Of a stretch of 64,000 bases of DNA, positions 1 to 58,903 are shown in pieces. Origin of the DNA: Amoebidium appalachense (taxonomy: Eukaryota; Protista; Ichthyosporea); NCBI GenBank assembly GCA_963693365.1, contig CAVNZM010000007.1, positions 3,593,962-3,657,961 on the forward strand, given 5' to 3'. Numbering within the stretch: position 1 is the first letter of the stretch; each line of letters starts with the position of its first letter. The notes below the pieces were generated by a model that was not told where the DNA came from, searched no databases, and worked only from the letters and a program-made list of their open reading frames with translations. Made by a program: the position numbers and the translations under genes.

Positions 1-527
1 GAGTATTGTCAATACGTTATGAATATATAAAATGTAGGACAATTTTGTGTCAAATTAGGGTATTGTCCAACGTGGCAAGACTATTGCCAATATATTTTGA
101 CTGTATTTTTCTGACCATTTTGGGATATTGGCAATATACCCAACCCATATGTCCCATATGGCCGATACAAACATAATGTCGCTATTGGTTATAGGGTTAT
201 GATATGATTATAATAGGATCTCAATTCGGTCGAAATGTATTGCCAATGTATCCGTCACAATATCAAGCCTATTATGCACCTATTATCAAGAGGTAAAAGC
301 AACCGAAAATATGGGGCGTGTATTTTATTGCCAATATATTGGTAAAATATTGGGGATGAAAGATCAGGTCACTTTACCTATGTAGTCGCAATATTGTGAA
401 TGTATTGCCAACACATGTTCAACAAACATGTTCGGAGTGTAGTCCTTGTATGCGCAGTACATTGCTAATACCGTGGTATTAGGGTGGACATATACTGACA
501 TTATGTAGATCATATCCTACCCATATC
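1..527. repeat. AT-rich array of palindromic TATTG(N)CAATA motifs (left subterminal-like array)
   Basis: Repeated tattgtcaata, tattgccaata and tattggcaata (e.g. near 4, 82, 127, 238, 326, 403); the same motif recurs at 5138-5610. Confidence 0.75.
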
Positions 528-875
528 GGTTTTATTTGTGGAAATTATTGACATAAATATTTTTCTGGGTAAACACGTAGGATGGGTGTTCGATACCAAC
601 ATAACCATGTAGGCTTCATTTCGTGTTTTAGCAGTTAGCGGTTGGCTGCCCGCACACGGGCACCTATTAGCCAATCAAAACATCAGATACCACAGATCAC
701 TAGACCGAGTTATGACTGGCTCGGATCAGCTTTCACATATCACTAGATCGATTTTGATTGGCTCAGATCGGTAGGCTTAGGTATATAAGCACGACAGTTT
801 TTAGCAGATCAGCAAGCTACAAACACATCTTCTGTGTTTAGCATCCACAGCCTTACAGCTATATATTCCTTTTCA
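528..875 (+). repeat. Left arm of 348-bp inverted repeat with promoter motifs (CCAAT boxes, TATA)
   Basis: Reverse complement of 4790-5137, with one mismatch noted near 730. Contains inverted gccaatcaaaa...ttttgattggc and TATATAAG at ~782 pointing rightwards. Confidence 0.92.
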
Positions 876-1074
876 CCCACCCACCTACACCCACACACAA
901 CCCCCATTGATCCACACATACGTGCTGTTTTTTCACGGGGCGAAGACTTCCCCCGTTTTTTGGGCACATGGACCTCACGGATCAATAAATTGATGAGTGG
1001 GGGCTTGCCGTGGTTTACAACCATTGCAGGTTCACTTTCGTCCAAGGGGATGTCCCCCTAGAGGCAACACACGT

Positions 1075-1770
1075 CCCGCGATCCGTTCCCAGATGGCTGG
1101 GCTAGATTTCAGGCCGAAGGGCAGTCTGGTTTCAACGTAAAAATGCCCTTGCCATTTGAATGCCATTAAGTGGTGGTCTTCCGGTCGGATGATGGGCATG
1201 TGCCGGAAGGCAGCCTGCACATCTGCCACGGCCATGTAGCAGCCGGGGCCTGCGTCGAGAATGAGTTGGGTGACATCCCGGGCGCGAATGTACTGAAGTT
1301 CGTCGGGGTAGGTGATGCTGTCATTGACACTGCTACCCCGAGGCCAGGAGAGGTGGTGCCACATTCGACGGTACTTGGGGGGGTTCCCTTTCTTGGTAAC
1401 GCCGCCGATGGGGGAGGAACGGTGGACCGGAAATTCGTCAAAGAATTGGGCCGGGGAGAGGGGGCCGCGCAGGTGGCCGAGGGCGACTTCTTTGGCAATA
1501 TCCACCGTGATAGCGGCAGCTGCCTCCGGGGTGGTGGGTAGGTTGGGGCCCACCCGAGAGGTGGAGGGGCCGCGATAGCCGATGTCGACGCCAAATTCGA
1601 CATCGTGGAGGAGTTGTGCGGCGAATGATTGGTCCGGGTAGGAGGCCAGCAGTTCCCGGAGGCGGGAGGTGTCAATGTGGTGCTGGGGCAGCGGGCGGGC
1701 CGCCGGGTCTGAGCCTCGGGGGAAGGGGGTGGTTAGCAAGGGTGGTGTACCCTTGGGGAGATCCCGGCAG

Positions 1771-1771
<1 letters not shown>
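1075..1771 (-). pseudogene. Ngaro/DIRS-type reverse transcriptase, N-terminal half, truncated before the YxDD motif
   Basis: ORF 1032..1877 has KKG..KYRR..HHLSWP.GSSVNDSI, DVQAAFRHMPI.PED and W.G.FY...LPFGLKSSP, then breaks into unrelated sequence after WERIAG. Confidence 0.9.
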
Positions 1772-1802
<31 letters not shown>

Positions 1803-1803
<1 letters not shown>

Positions 1804-2513
1804 GTTATTTTGTGTGGGTAAACGGAGAAGCAGAGAGCACAGATGGGTGTTATGTAAAACACAACACAAAGACACACGGGAAAAACACAACCGGAGAGGA
1901 GGAACGATTTCTGGAACCATAGGAAGTGAATACGACTGCTTGTGATTTATTTCAAGATGAGGTCCCTTTTATACTTGGGAATGTGAAACGATAAACCAAT
2001 CAAAAGAATGAAAACTATGAGTGTAAAATATATCGAATAAAATGTCTGTCGACATTTAGAATATAAAACTCAATCCTCTAATGAAAGAAACTTCTAATAA
2101 AAGCACGGAAACATTTAATAAAATGAAACCACTTATGTAACTATTAATTCATAACATATATTTATACATGTTCTTATCATAACACGTCTAAATATAATTT
2201 TTTTTTCTAATAGTTGAAGAACATAGCACAATGCTACGTCGTGGGAAAGGAATGAGAAAGGAATGTAAGTTACTATATTTGGGAAAATACAAACGAGATA
2301 TGATTGGATGACATGTATAGATTTTGACGCAAACGACAATACGTGTGCGCGAGCTAAGTATGTCGATACGTACACAGATCTAAGATGTCGTGTACACGGA
2401 AACGGAAAAGAAAGAAAGAAATGAAGAAAGGAAAAGGAAACAAACTACAACAACTAATAAATAAATACCAAACTCAACTTCTAAGTCTTGCTGAGAATTA
2501 AGTGAAGATGACA
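1803..2513 (-). mobile_element. Solo LTR (711 bp) inserted in a poly-G tract upstream of the RT core
   Basis: TGTTA...TGACA termini with GGGGG on both sides. Minus-strand TATAAAA (~1970) and AATAAA (~1948). Its left end resembles the solo LTR at 59691. Confidence 0.8.
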
Positions 2514-2932
2514 GGGGGGGGGGGGGCAGCAGGGCCCCGGGGGGTTAGAGTAGGGCAGCTGGGCCCAAGCGAGGGTTGGCAGGGAGGGCAGCGGGGCCTT
2601 GTGCAGGGGAATGTGCCCGAGCACGCGGGGGTGTGGGCGGACACAGAGGTAGAAGAAGGGGGGGGGAGGGAGTGCTAGGTGAGTGTAAGGCCGGGGGGGG
2701 GGGGAGGCTCGTGGGATGGGGGGGGGAGTAAAATTATGTGCAGTGGCCAGAATAAACGTCTTTGTGTAGGGACATTTATTCTTGACGCGCGCGGGCGCTG
2801 TAGTTCAAGTTGGCCTGAGAAATTTTGTACTCAGCCCTATTGGCCCGTTCTCCCGAGCTCCGTTTCCCTGTACTCGTGTGTCCTAGCTCCTAACCCCTAT
2901 GTTCTAGCTGTGTGTGTGGGTGTGCGCGTAGA

Positions 2933-4759
2933 CTAGGCATTGTGCTTGCAGTCTTTGCGGGGGTGTGTGCCAGAGCAGAGCGGGCACACGTGGGAGAAGG
3001 GGCAGGGCTGCTTAGCGCAGGACCGACCGTTAATGTGGAAATTCCTGCAGTGCGTCGCGGGTAGATCCACGGGTCGGGCCGGTTTTGCCGGGCCGGGTTG
3101 CGGGCCAGGGCGGTTAGGGGTTTGACCCCCGCCGGGCTTGTGGGGCGGCTTAAAGCCGTCAAGACCACAGCCGGGCTTGGGGTACATGGGGCAGGCCGCG
3201 CTGGGGTGGTCGGGGAAGCCACAGCGCTGACATGCGTCCGGGATGAGCAGAGTGGGTGGCAGGAGGAGATCCTGGTGGAGTTGGGCGAGCAGGTTGGGAC
3301 ACTCGATCGGAGCCCGACCCTGCTGGTGGGCAACGGTGCGGGCGTATACGTCATAGTTGTGGATCTGGGCCCACGGGTATCGGGTGCTGAGGCGAGTGAT
3401 GTGCTGAGTCCAAAGTACGTCTTTGTCCGTGGGGAGGCCGAGGTGGTGCTTGGCGGCCATGTAATGGGTCCAAGCTTGGATCCAAATGACGAGTGAACGC
3501 AGGGGAACGGGTTTGTCTTGGCGAAAAGTCTCGATGCTGCCGTCGTCGGCCATGCGCAGATGCTGACCTTTCTTGGATGGGGCCAGGAGGGCGGCGGGGG
3601 TGAACTTATACAGGTCGACGAAACGATTGGCGCGCAAATCTGCCAGCACATCCGCGGGGGGAAGCGGGAGTGTGCCCGGCAGAATGTCGCCAGTGTTCTC
3701 ACCTGTGATGGGGGGCGCGGGCAGTGCAGGTAGGTCTAGGTCAGGGCCGAGATGCAGCCCCGGGGAAACCTCCCCGGGTGTGGAGGGCGCGGCGGGGGGC
3801 GCGGGAGGGTCGCGGTTGGTGAGAGCAGCCAGGATGCCAGCCATCTGGGTGCTGATGGCGGTGAGGGCGGCCAGGACGGCGTCTTGAGAAGTCATCTGCG
3901 GGGACGGCGGGGCCTGAGGGGGGACTTCAGTGTCCGCTGACATATACTCTAATCCGTCTCAGCAGATTAGCCTAAGTCTACGATCGAGATCGGGGGGGGG
4001 GGGGGGGGGGGGTGGCCCGGGTCCACAGATCATCAAGATCAAGTCCGGGGCCTCAAGATAGCTGTGCAGCTGCGTGCATCATCTTGCCCTGCCGGCGCAG
4101 GGCAGGACCACGTCAGCTGGGACAGCCGACCAATAGAATTCTAATTAGTGTGTAGGATAGATCGTAGGAGGACTTAGGAATGTGATTGTTCGGGCAGAAG
4201 CCCTTTTGTAAATATTGGCAAGTTCTGATAGTGTATGCTGCCAAACGTATTTATATATTTCGATGACAGAGGAAAAGGGGGAGGGAGGGGGGAGGGAGAT
4301 AGTATGAAATGTAGAATTAGACTCTGCGGTGCCACTAGGGGAAGGGAGAGGGGTGAGACTTAGATAAATATATTAGTGTAAGCCGATCGACTTAGCTCGT
4401 GCAGGCACACGATAAAGTTAGATCGGAATGTACGGAATGTGGCACCGTAGGGGGCCAGGTGATGATGATCTTGTAGGGCACGGCCTTGATGGCCTCAGTC
4501 GTAACTTAGACTCATTTCGTACGGATCTAAGTTTTGCCCGTCGGAGCCTGGTCTGAATAAACTTTACCGTTTTTCTGTACACGTTCGTTCCTTTTCGTGT
4601 GTTGTACACTTAGTAGAGTGCCGCGTCTCTAGTACACATATAATAGGATACGACATCCGCGGGAGCGTTGGTCAGCCTGTGGCGGAGGTCGCTGCGGGTC
4701 AGGCTAGTAGGTGCCGCGGCAGGGGCGGCGGCTGAGGCCTGGCGCTTTTTCGGCGGCAT
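2933..4759 (-). pseudogene. Ngaro-type ORF1 (gag-like) with CCHC knuckle and terminal CCCH/Cys-His finger, split by a solo LTR
   Basis: MPPKKRQ...NAPAD (ATG 4759) joins in frame to TEVPPQ... once 3938-4655 and one TSD copy are removed. Motifs CQRCGFPDHPSAAC and CRNFHINGRSCAKQPCPFSHVCPLCSGTHPRKDC. Confidence 0.85.
3938..4655. mobile_element. Solo LTR (718 bp) with 5-bp TSD TCCGC
   Basis: TG...CA termini; tccgc at 3933-3937 and 4656-4660; removal restores the gag frame. Confidence 0.88.
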
Positions 4760-4789
4760 GCTGACCGGCGTAGGGAAAGATAGGGAGAA

Positions 4790-5137
4790 TGAAAAGGAAT
4801 ATATAGCTGTAAGGCTGTGGATGCTAAACACAGAAGATGTGTTTGTAGCTTGCTGATCTGCTAAAAACTGTCGTGCTTATATACCTAAGCCTACCGATCT
4901 GAGCCAATCAAAATCGATCTAGTGATATGTGAAATCTGATCCGAGCCAGTCATAACTCGGTCTAGTGATCTGTGGTATCTGATGTTTTGATTGGCTAATA
5001 GGTGCCCGTGTGCGGGCAGCCAACCGCTAACTGCTAAAACACGAAATGAAGCCTACATGGTTATGTTGGTATCGAACACCCATCCTACGTGTTTACCCAG
5101 AAAAATATTTATGTCAATAATTTCCACAAATAAAACC
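4790..5137 (-). repeat. Right arm of the 348-bp inverted repeat; promoter motifs point toward the gag ATG
   Basis: Reverse complement of 528-875; inner end is 30 nt upstream of the gag ATG. Confidence 0.92.
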
Positions 5138-5630
5138 TAGTTGGATCATATGTTGGCAATACATTGTTTATATGTTTCTTGATATTTAAATCTTTGTATT
5201 TCTATGAATTACATATTGGCAATACATTAATAATGCGTTCATAGTGCAACTACAATGCGAAAATACAGTATTATCCATATCATTATCTGTATTTTTGATA
5301 TTATTTGGTTGTTATTGTAATATCGCCCGGGTATAATTGATATTGGCAATACGTCTATAATGCTAGCGCAATAGTAATGCAATGGCAATGTAATGGCACT
5401 CTAATGTATTGGCGATATTGAGGTAACATATACTGGATAATATATTCATATCAGCGGGATATCGACAATACTGGGTCACTGTATTGGTACTGTATCACCA
5501 TTGACAATACCAAAGCAATATTATTGCAATATGGCGTTCCTATTGGCGGCAAAGGGTTCTATTGCCAATATCGCCAATAGCGCCAATAGCAAAAAATACG
5601 TTGGCAATACTTCCGGGAAGTTTGCTGATG
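5138..5630. repeat. Right TATTG(N)CAATA array ending in a candidate DNA-transposon terminus (minus strand CATCAGCAAACTTCCCGG)
   Basis: Many tattggcaata/tattgccaata variants, then an abrupt switch to GC-rich sequence after 5630. The CACTA/CMC-like assignment is inference. Confidence 0.6.
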
Positions 5631-5883
5631 CGCCCTGCCTCAAATGCCCCCTGCCCCCCTCCCCCCATGCCCCCTGCCCCCCTGCCTCACGTGCCCCCCC
5701 CCCCCCCCCGTTTTTTTCTGTCTCCCTCCCCGTGCGTGCCACCTGTGCGTGGCTGTGCGTGGCTGTGTGTGGCTGTGCGTGGCATGCGTGCCTCCTGTGC
5801 CTCGTGTGCCTCCCGTGCCCCCCCTGCCCCTCCGGCCCCATGCCCCGCCCCTGTGTAGAGTCTCTGATTGGCTTCAGTCTTTA

Positions 5884-6745
5884 TTAGTCAAACAGGCGCA
5901 TGATGCTATTGGCCGGCACTTTCAGCTTGCCAGTGAGCCGACTGGTGACGTCAGCCACGAACCCGTGTGCTACCACTGGTTTCATGTGTGGCTCTGGGAT
6001 GTGTGGCTCCATCAACACCTCGAAGTCTTGTACCATGATTGGGTCGGCCAGCCACATGCCTGTGTGCAGTACACACGCCAATAGGCTCTCGCCACGTGCA
6101 CGGCTTCCACATAGTCTGTATACATTCCGACTCTGTAGTATTGCCCCTTCTTGTACATCATTGGCAGTCGAACTTCACACCGACCGTCGGCACGTGTGTT
6201 TACGAAGCGACATGGAGGCTGCCCTGGGATTTGTCTCTTCAGTTTGTTGTAGGCTCTTAGTTGTGGGAGGAGATTGGTTCTTCGGTTGTCGGTTTTTTAT
6301 TCGTTTTGGTGGTCAATCTCAAACCCTGGGTCTGGTATGATAACACCTTGGAAATAGCACACTAGCTGGGGTGCCATTGGTGCCTCAGACACGTGCTGGT
6401 TCCAGCCCGGTACTAGTAGATACAGTCGCAGGTAGCCATTAAGATCACACACCCACCCCACGTGGGACACCCATGTGATATCCTCCTTGGAAAATAGCCA
6501 ATTGCATCCACCCACGCGTATCACATCCACGCCCACGGCACTGTGTGCATTTCATTGGCTTCACTCCACATGTGCATCAATGGCTCGTCATCCTTATCAG
6601 ACCAGTAAAGTCCGAACCCACTGCCCTTCTGGAGGCTGCTCTCGTACCGCTCTACCAGTTGTCTGGGTTCGTGTATGTTTAGAGCCACCAGAAATTTGTA
6701 CCACTGAGGAGCTTCGTGGATATTGTCTGTATTCTGCTCCACCAT
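5884..6745 (-). pseudogene. HNH-AP2 homing-endonuclease-like pseudogene (phage/virus type)
   Basis: Joined frames give ...FSKEDITWVSHVGWVCDLNGYL...FEIDHQNE*KTDNRRTNLL...RFVNTRADGRCEVRLPMMYKKGQYYRVGMYTDYVEAVHVARAYW. This is an HNH_3-like DH..N..DN...NL motif plus an AP2-like domain. One stop (6297-6299) and about two frameshifts. Confidence 0.75.
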
Positions 6746-7097
6746 CACTATATGCACACATAATATTTTTTCTCCGCCCGTGTACACTCGCCTGCCTCCC
6801 CTGCCTCCCCTGCCTCCTGTGCCTCCTGTACCTCCTGTGCCCCTCCTGCCCATCCCGTGCTATGTAATAATAGTAAGTGTATATTTTCTAGCTTTCAGAT
6901 AATTCGTGTGTTTACTCGCCACTTTCCTGATCTGATGTGGGTAATGTATCTTTTTTTTATCTTTTCTTTTCCTCGAGTTTAAGTTAAAAAAAGTGGGAAG
7001 TGAGAAATAGATCAATCGCGATTGGATTGGAGATGTGTGTCGAATCTCGAAGTTACCAGGTCACGTGACTAGCTCAATACTGGATTAGGCTAACAAT

Positions 7098-7305
7098 CCC
7101 GCCAGGCCCGGCCCGAAGGGTTAATGCCCGAAGGGCCGGCGACCGGCGCCCCGGCCCGGCCCGCAAGCCCGGCCCGGCCAGGGGGAGTGAGCGAGGGGGG
7201 GGAGGGGAGGGGTCCGGGGGAGTGCGGCAGCAGCTGCTCACTCCCCCCGGGCGCCCCCGCCCCTCCCTGCCCCCCCCCTCCCCCGCTCAGCGAGCCTGGC
7301 CTGCC
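7098..7305. other. GC-rich multi-hairpin/palindrome cluster
   Basis: gcccGAAggg twice; long stem tgagcg...ccgggggagtg/cactccccccgg...cgctca; outer gccaggc/gcctggc. Confidence 0.6.
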
Positions 7306-7648
7306 CTTGAAATTAAGTCTTGGTTAAGTAAGAAAAAGCAAGAGAAAGGGAGATAGAAACCACGGCCATGATAATGGGATAGAAAATTTGAGAGCAGCTG
7401 ATCCGGAGTTTCTGGTAACGAAATCTTTTTAAGGAGGAGCATCCTAGAATTGTTCTCGAGTCTCTACAACAAGCTAATAGGATGGTTTTTGTGGGCTGGT
7501 CAAATTTACACCAATCCCAAATCTCTAACGCACATCTTCGGCAGATAGGTAGCTGACTTCGTTTGGTACGACCAGTTGGAACCTACCTTAGAGTGATCGT
7601 TGCTACTATGTAGACCCCTCTTGTTTCTGTCCACCTAGACCTCCAACT

Positions 7649-36330
<28,682 letters not shown>

Positions 36331-36862
36331 AATTCGTTACTAATATCCTAACCGTTAATTTTCAAATATTCTTATTAAACTATCGTGACACCACATATCT
36401 ATGTATGATGATAGCATCGTCAATAGTAGTAATAATAATAATATATACTGAGGTGAATTTAGATGTGCCTTTTTTTGTATTGGCTCTTCTTTAGCCTACC
36501 AGTTCTTGTTTGTTTTTCTTGCCTGTTCTGAATGATTGCCGCAAGGACTGGCTGTAAGATGAATGCCTGAAATTTACATTAGAGTGAACCGTAAGCGAAA
36601 AGCGTGTACACGTATGTTAAGCATATCGGATACATTTAGTAATGCTGGCTTAGACAAGAGTTTAACAGGCCTGGAACTATGCCTTGCATATCGATGAAAT
36701 TGCTAGGCAGAATGAATGAGCACAGAATTATGATTTAGTGCCTAATAGCAGTAATGTAATGTCATGTGTGCACACACTTTGCCCGATTGGGTTATTGGTG
36801 CAGCATGCAGCTGCAAAAGACAAGATTGCCATGCTTGAAACGATATATATAACTTCATTGAG

Positions 36863-36907
<45 letters not shown>

Positions 36908-37508
36908 TGCACACACACACACACAAGCCCACCCTCCTCTGAGCTCATACACGTGCGTACACACACAGAGAGAAACACCTAGAGGCACACACACACACAC
37001 ACACAATTGTCGTGCTAATGTGTCGAGAAAGCCGAATGGTGGAAAAGCAAAATGAAATGGGGGCGGGGAGGGGTTGAGGGGGGATAAAAGAAACTGCGAA
37101 TCTGGTTGGGTTTGATAACAAACAGCACCACACCCACACGTGCACGGTAGGGTGGGCGGCTATTTTCTTCATTTCTTGCTCCATGCAGAAAAGAAACAAC
37201 ACTACGACCAGCTAACATACAGATCACCACTATAGCTACTTACTATACAGCACTCTTACTATATCGATCAACCGCTTCTGTTAAACCGAACCCGACTTGA
37301 AATGAACTCTGCATGGGCTATCTATTATCTATGTACTTTCAGATAATTTACATCTGAATATCTAAATGATAATATTACTGTATGATCTCATATTTGTATG
37401 TACACATACATTGCGCGACGGTGTACATATATATCTCCTAGTCATTCGGAATACGTCAACCCAAGACCACTATTACCGAACTTGCGTGTTAGACAACTCA
37501 TACATGCA

Positions 37509-37547
<39 letters not shown>

Positions 37548-37738
37548 TTCTTCCCCCCTCCCCCCGGGGGTATTGTGGATCTAGAATCCATGAAAATGTA
37601 TCACATAATTATTCCGCTAATTTCGCCTTGGTTTTTAATGCTTCTCACTCTAAGCAACCAAATCACCAATCACCACCGACACCTATTCACACACCCAGCA
37701 TTCAAGCCACCACACCGGCACCACCATACGGGAGCCTT

Positions 37739-37788
<50 letters not shown>

Positions 37789-37899
37789 AGGGCAATAAAA
37801 ACCCACCCGAAAACTCCCAACTCCGTCAACTTTAGTGCATTCATTTACACATTCGAAAAAAAGGAGAAAAACGGAATCTTTCATTACGAAAAAACCAAT

Positions 37900-56542
<18,643 letters not shown>

Positions 56543-57250
56543 TAATACGACTATCTTGGCACGATCATGGCTTTCAAGACTTAGGGTTTACTTGAAGCAC
56601 ACGTAACAAGTGCAGCCTCAAAACGAAAAGATCTTTAATATGCCTAGAGTGGCGGGGAAGAAAAGGGCGGCTCACACTTGAAGTGTCATGAGCCTGGTGT
56701 TAAAACTCAACCCTGAATTCGTAGACGCGGCAATTAATCACACTAAAGGATGTGCTTGCCTTTCAAGATCCACTAGTACAGCTTCAGCATTTCCCCTGGT
56801 ACCAAAAAAAAAAAAAAAAAAAAAGATGAATGGCCTTGATCTCAGTTGCTTGAAACCTTCTGCAAGCTGACATGTGATCTCTATGCATCGCGCTCCGTGC
56901 ACATAGCGAGCCAAAAAAAAAAAACAGGACCTGCAACGGTGCACTAGCTCACTTGCAGCCACAAAAAAACTGGGCCGTCAACGTTCTGAACATGTACGTG
57001 TAAACATATCTCTCAAATCAAAAGGCAGAGAAATGTTATCTAAGCAAATACTTGCACTCAAGTTACAACGATTATCTTCAACCGTCCAAGCTGATTATGT
57101 AAATTTGTAGACATACCAAATGTTTATAGATAATCTTGTTCAGAAATATATTTACATCTAGATCCACGGTTTGCTTACGCTCATGACATCCATCCAATCG
57201 AATCGATTCGCTCCCAACACTGAATGGTACCGTATTGCCGGTACGTACGG

Positions 57251-57283
<33 letters not shown>

Positions 57284-57449
57284 AGGCCCCCCGGGACTCG
57301 GGGGGGAAAAAAAAAAAGAGCCCCCCCTCACAGTGTGCTTCCGCCCCCGACCACCATGGGCATATGGCAACGGTTATTAAACCACCACCACCACTTGCAA
57401 CACCACCACCAACACACACACATGTGTACACACGCGCGCACACACACAT

Positions 57450-57548
<99 letters not shown>

Positions 57549-57691
57549 CACTGGCACACACAGTGTCACACATACATACACACGTACACATACACACACA
57601 TGCACACACACATACACAGTGTCACAGTCACACACATGCGCACACAAGCACCCAACACCACCACCACTACTGGGCCACCAACGCCAACACC

Positions 57692-57809
<118 letters not shown>

Positions 57810-58060
57810 CATGTACACACCAAAAAAAAAAAAGAAAGAAAGAAAAGAAAAAAAAAAGAAGAATGAAAGAAAGAAAAAAGAAAGAATCCAGAATTTCAAG
57901 AGCCCCTGAGTCCGATGGCCATGCATAATAAGGCAAACCCCCCAACGTACCTCTTTCTTTATGCAGGGGGAAAACCCCTATATATATAGCTAGAAGTCGA
58001 CGTCGCACTACTAGCTACTAGATACTACATTGGCCTGTGCATTACAATAACTGCAGCTAA

Positions 58061-58191
58061 GGGCCTGTTTGGCAGCACCCCAATAATCGTATTCGTATTT
58101 AGGCCCTAAATACGATCTACCGTATTTACAAAATTTATCGTGGTATGCGTATTTAGGGCCTAAATACGGTTGGTGCCTTCCAAACGCTGCC
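58061..58191. mobile_element. Small PIF/Harbinger (Tourist)-like MITE remnant
   Basis: TAA then GGGCCTGTTTGG...CCAAACGCTGCC imperfect TIRs; two internal palindromes cgtatttagg(c/g)cctaaatacg. Confidence 0.55.
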
Positions 58192-58216
58192 GGGCGTGAC
58201 TGGTCACATAAAATGT

Positions 58217-58893
58217 TTCACATCACTCACTCGTGCTTGCCTCATGCCCCCCGTGTCCGTGGAGTGCAGGCCGTCGTGCCTGCACCCAAGGGGCTGGCCG
58301 AGGCGGGGGCCGCCAGGGGGGTCCATGCCATGAGCCCCCCCCGCACCAGCCGGGGCTGGGCCCCGCCTCGACATGCTTTATTGCCGCTGCAATCGGGCTG
58401 TGAGCCAGTCACAGTCGCATACGTACACCGTCATGTATACAGACTGAGAGGTGGGTGGGTGGGAGCCGCCGTGTGCTAGCCACCGAAAACGCAATCGTGC
58501 TAACAAAAACCGTACGTGCAGCACACGGCGAAAACGAAGGTGGCCTGCATCTGCAGTGTGCTGCGCCGGAAATACCGGCGCTGGTGGCGCCTGACGTCAG
58601 GCGCTGCGCCAGACCGATGTCAGCCGCCGCTGCGGCTGCGCCTGGCGCCGCGGCCCGTGACGTCATGGGCCGCCCGGCTGCCTGCGCCCGAAGTGATCCG
58701 TGAAACATCTTTCATCTGCTGCGCATATGAATTTCATCTGCTGCGCATATGAAACGTACATTCACATCACTCACTCGTGCTTGCCTCATGCCCCCCGTGT
58801 CCGTGGAGTGCAGGCCGTCGTGCCTGCACCCAAGGGGCTGGCCGAGGCGGGGGCCGCCAGGGGGGGTCCATGCCATGAGCCCCCCCCGCACCA
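58217..58893 (-). repeat. Ngaro 3' split direct repeats B1-A2-B2
   Basis: 58761-58893 matches 58217-58348 and directly follows the YR stop. The intervening ~410 bp is the putative A2, with minus-strand AATAAA near 58380. This matches the known A1-ORFs-B1-A2-B2 layout. Confidence 0.85.
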
Positions 58894-58903
58894 CAAGGCC
58901 CCC

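Noticed and set aside
2737-2910. Possible further LTR fragment between gag and RT
   Set aside because: It has CCAAT, AATAAA and one TG end but no second terminus or TSD, so it cannot be supported.
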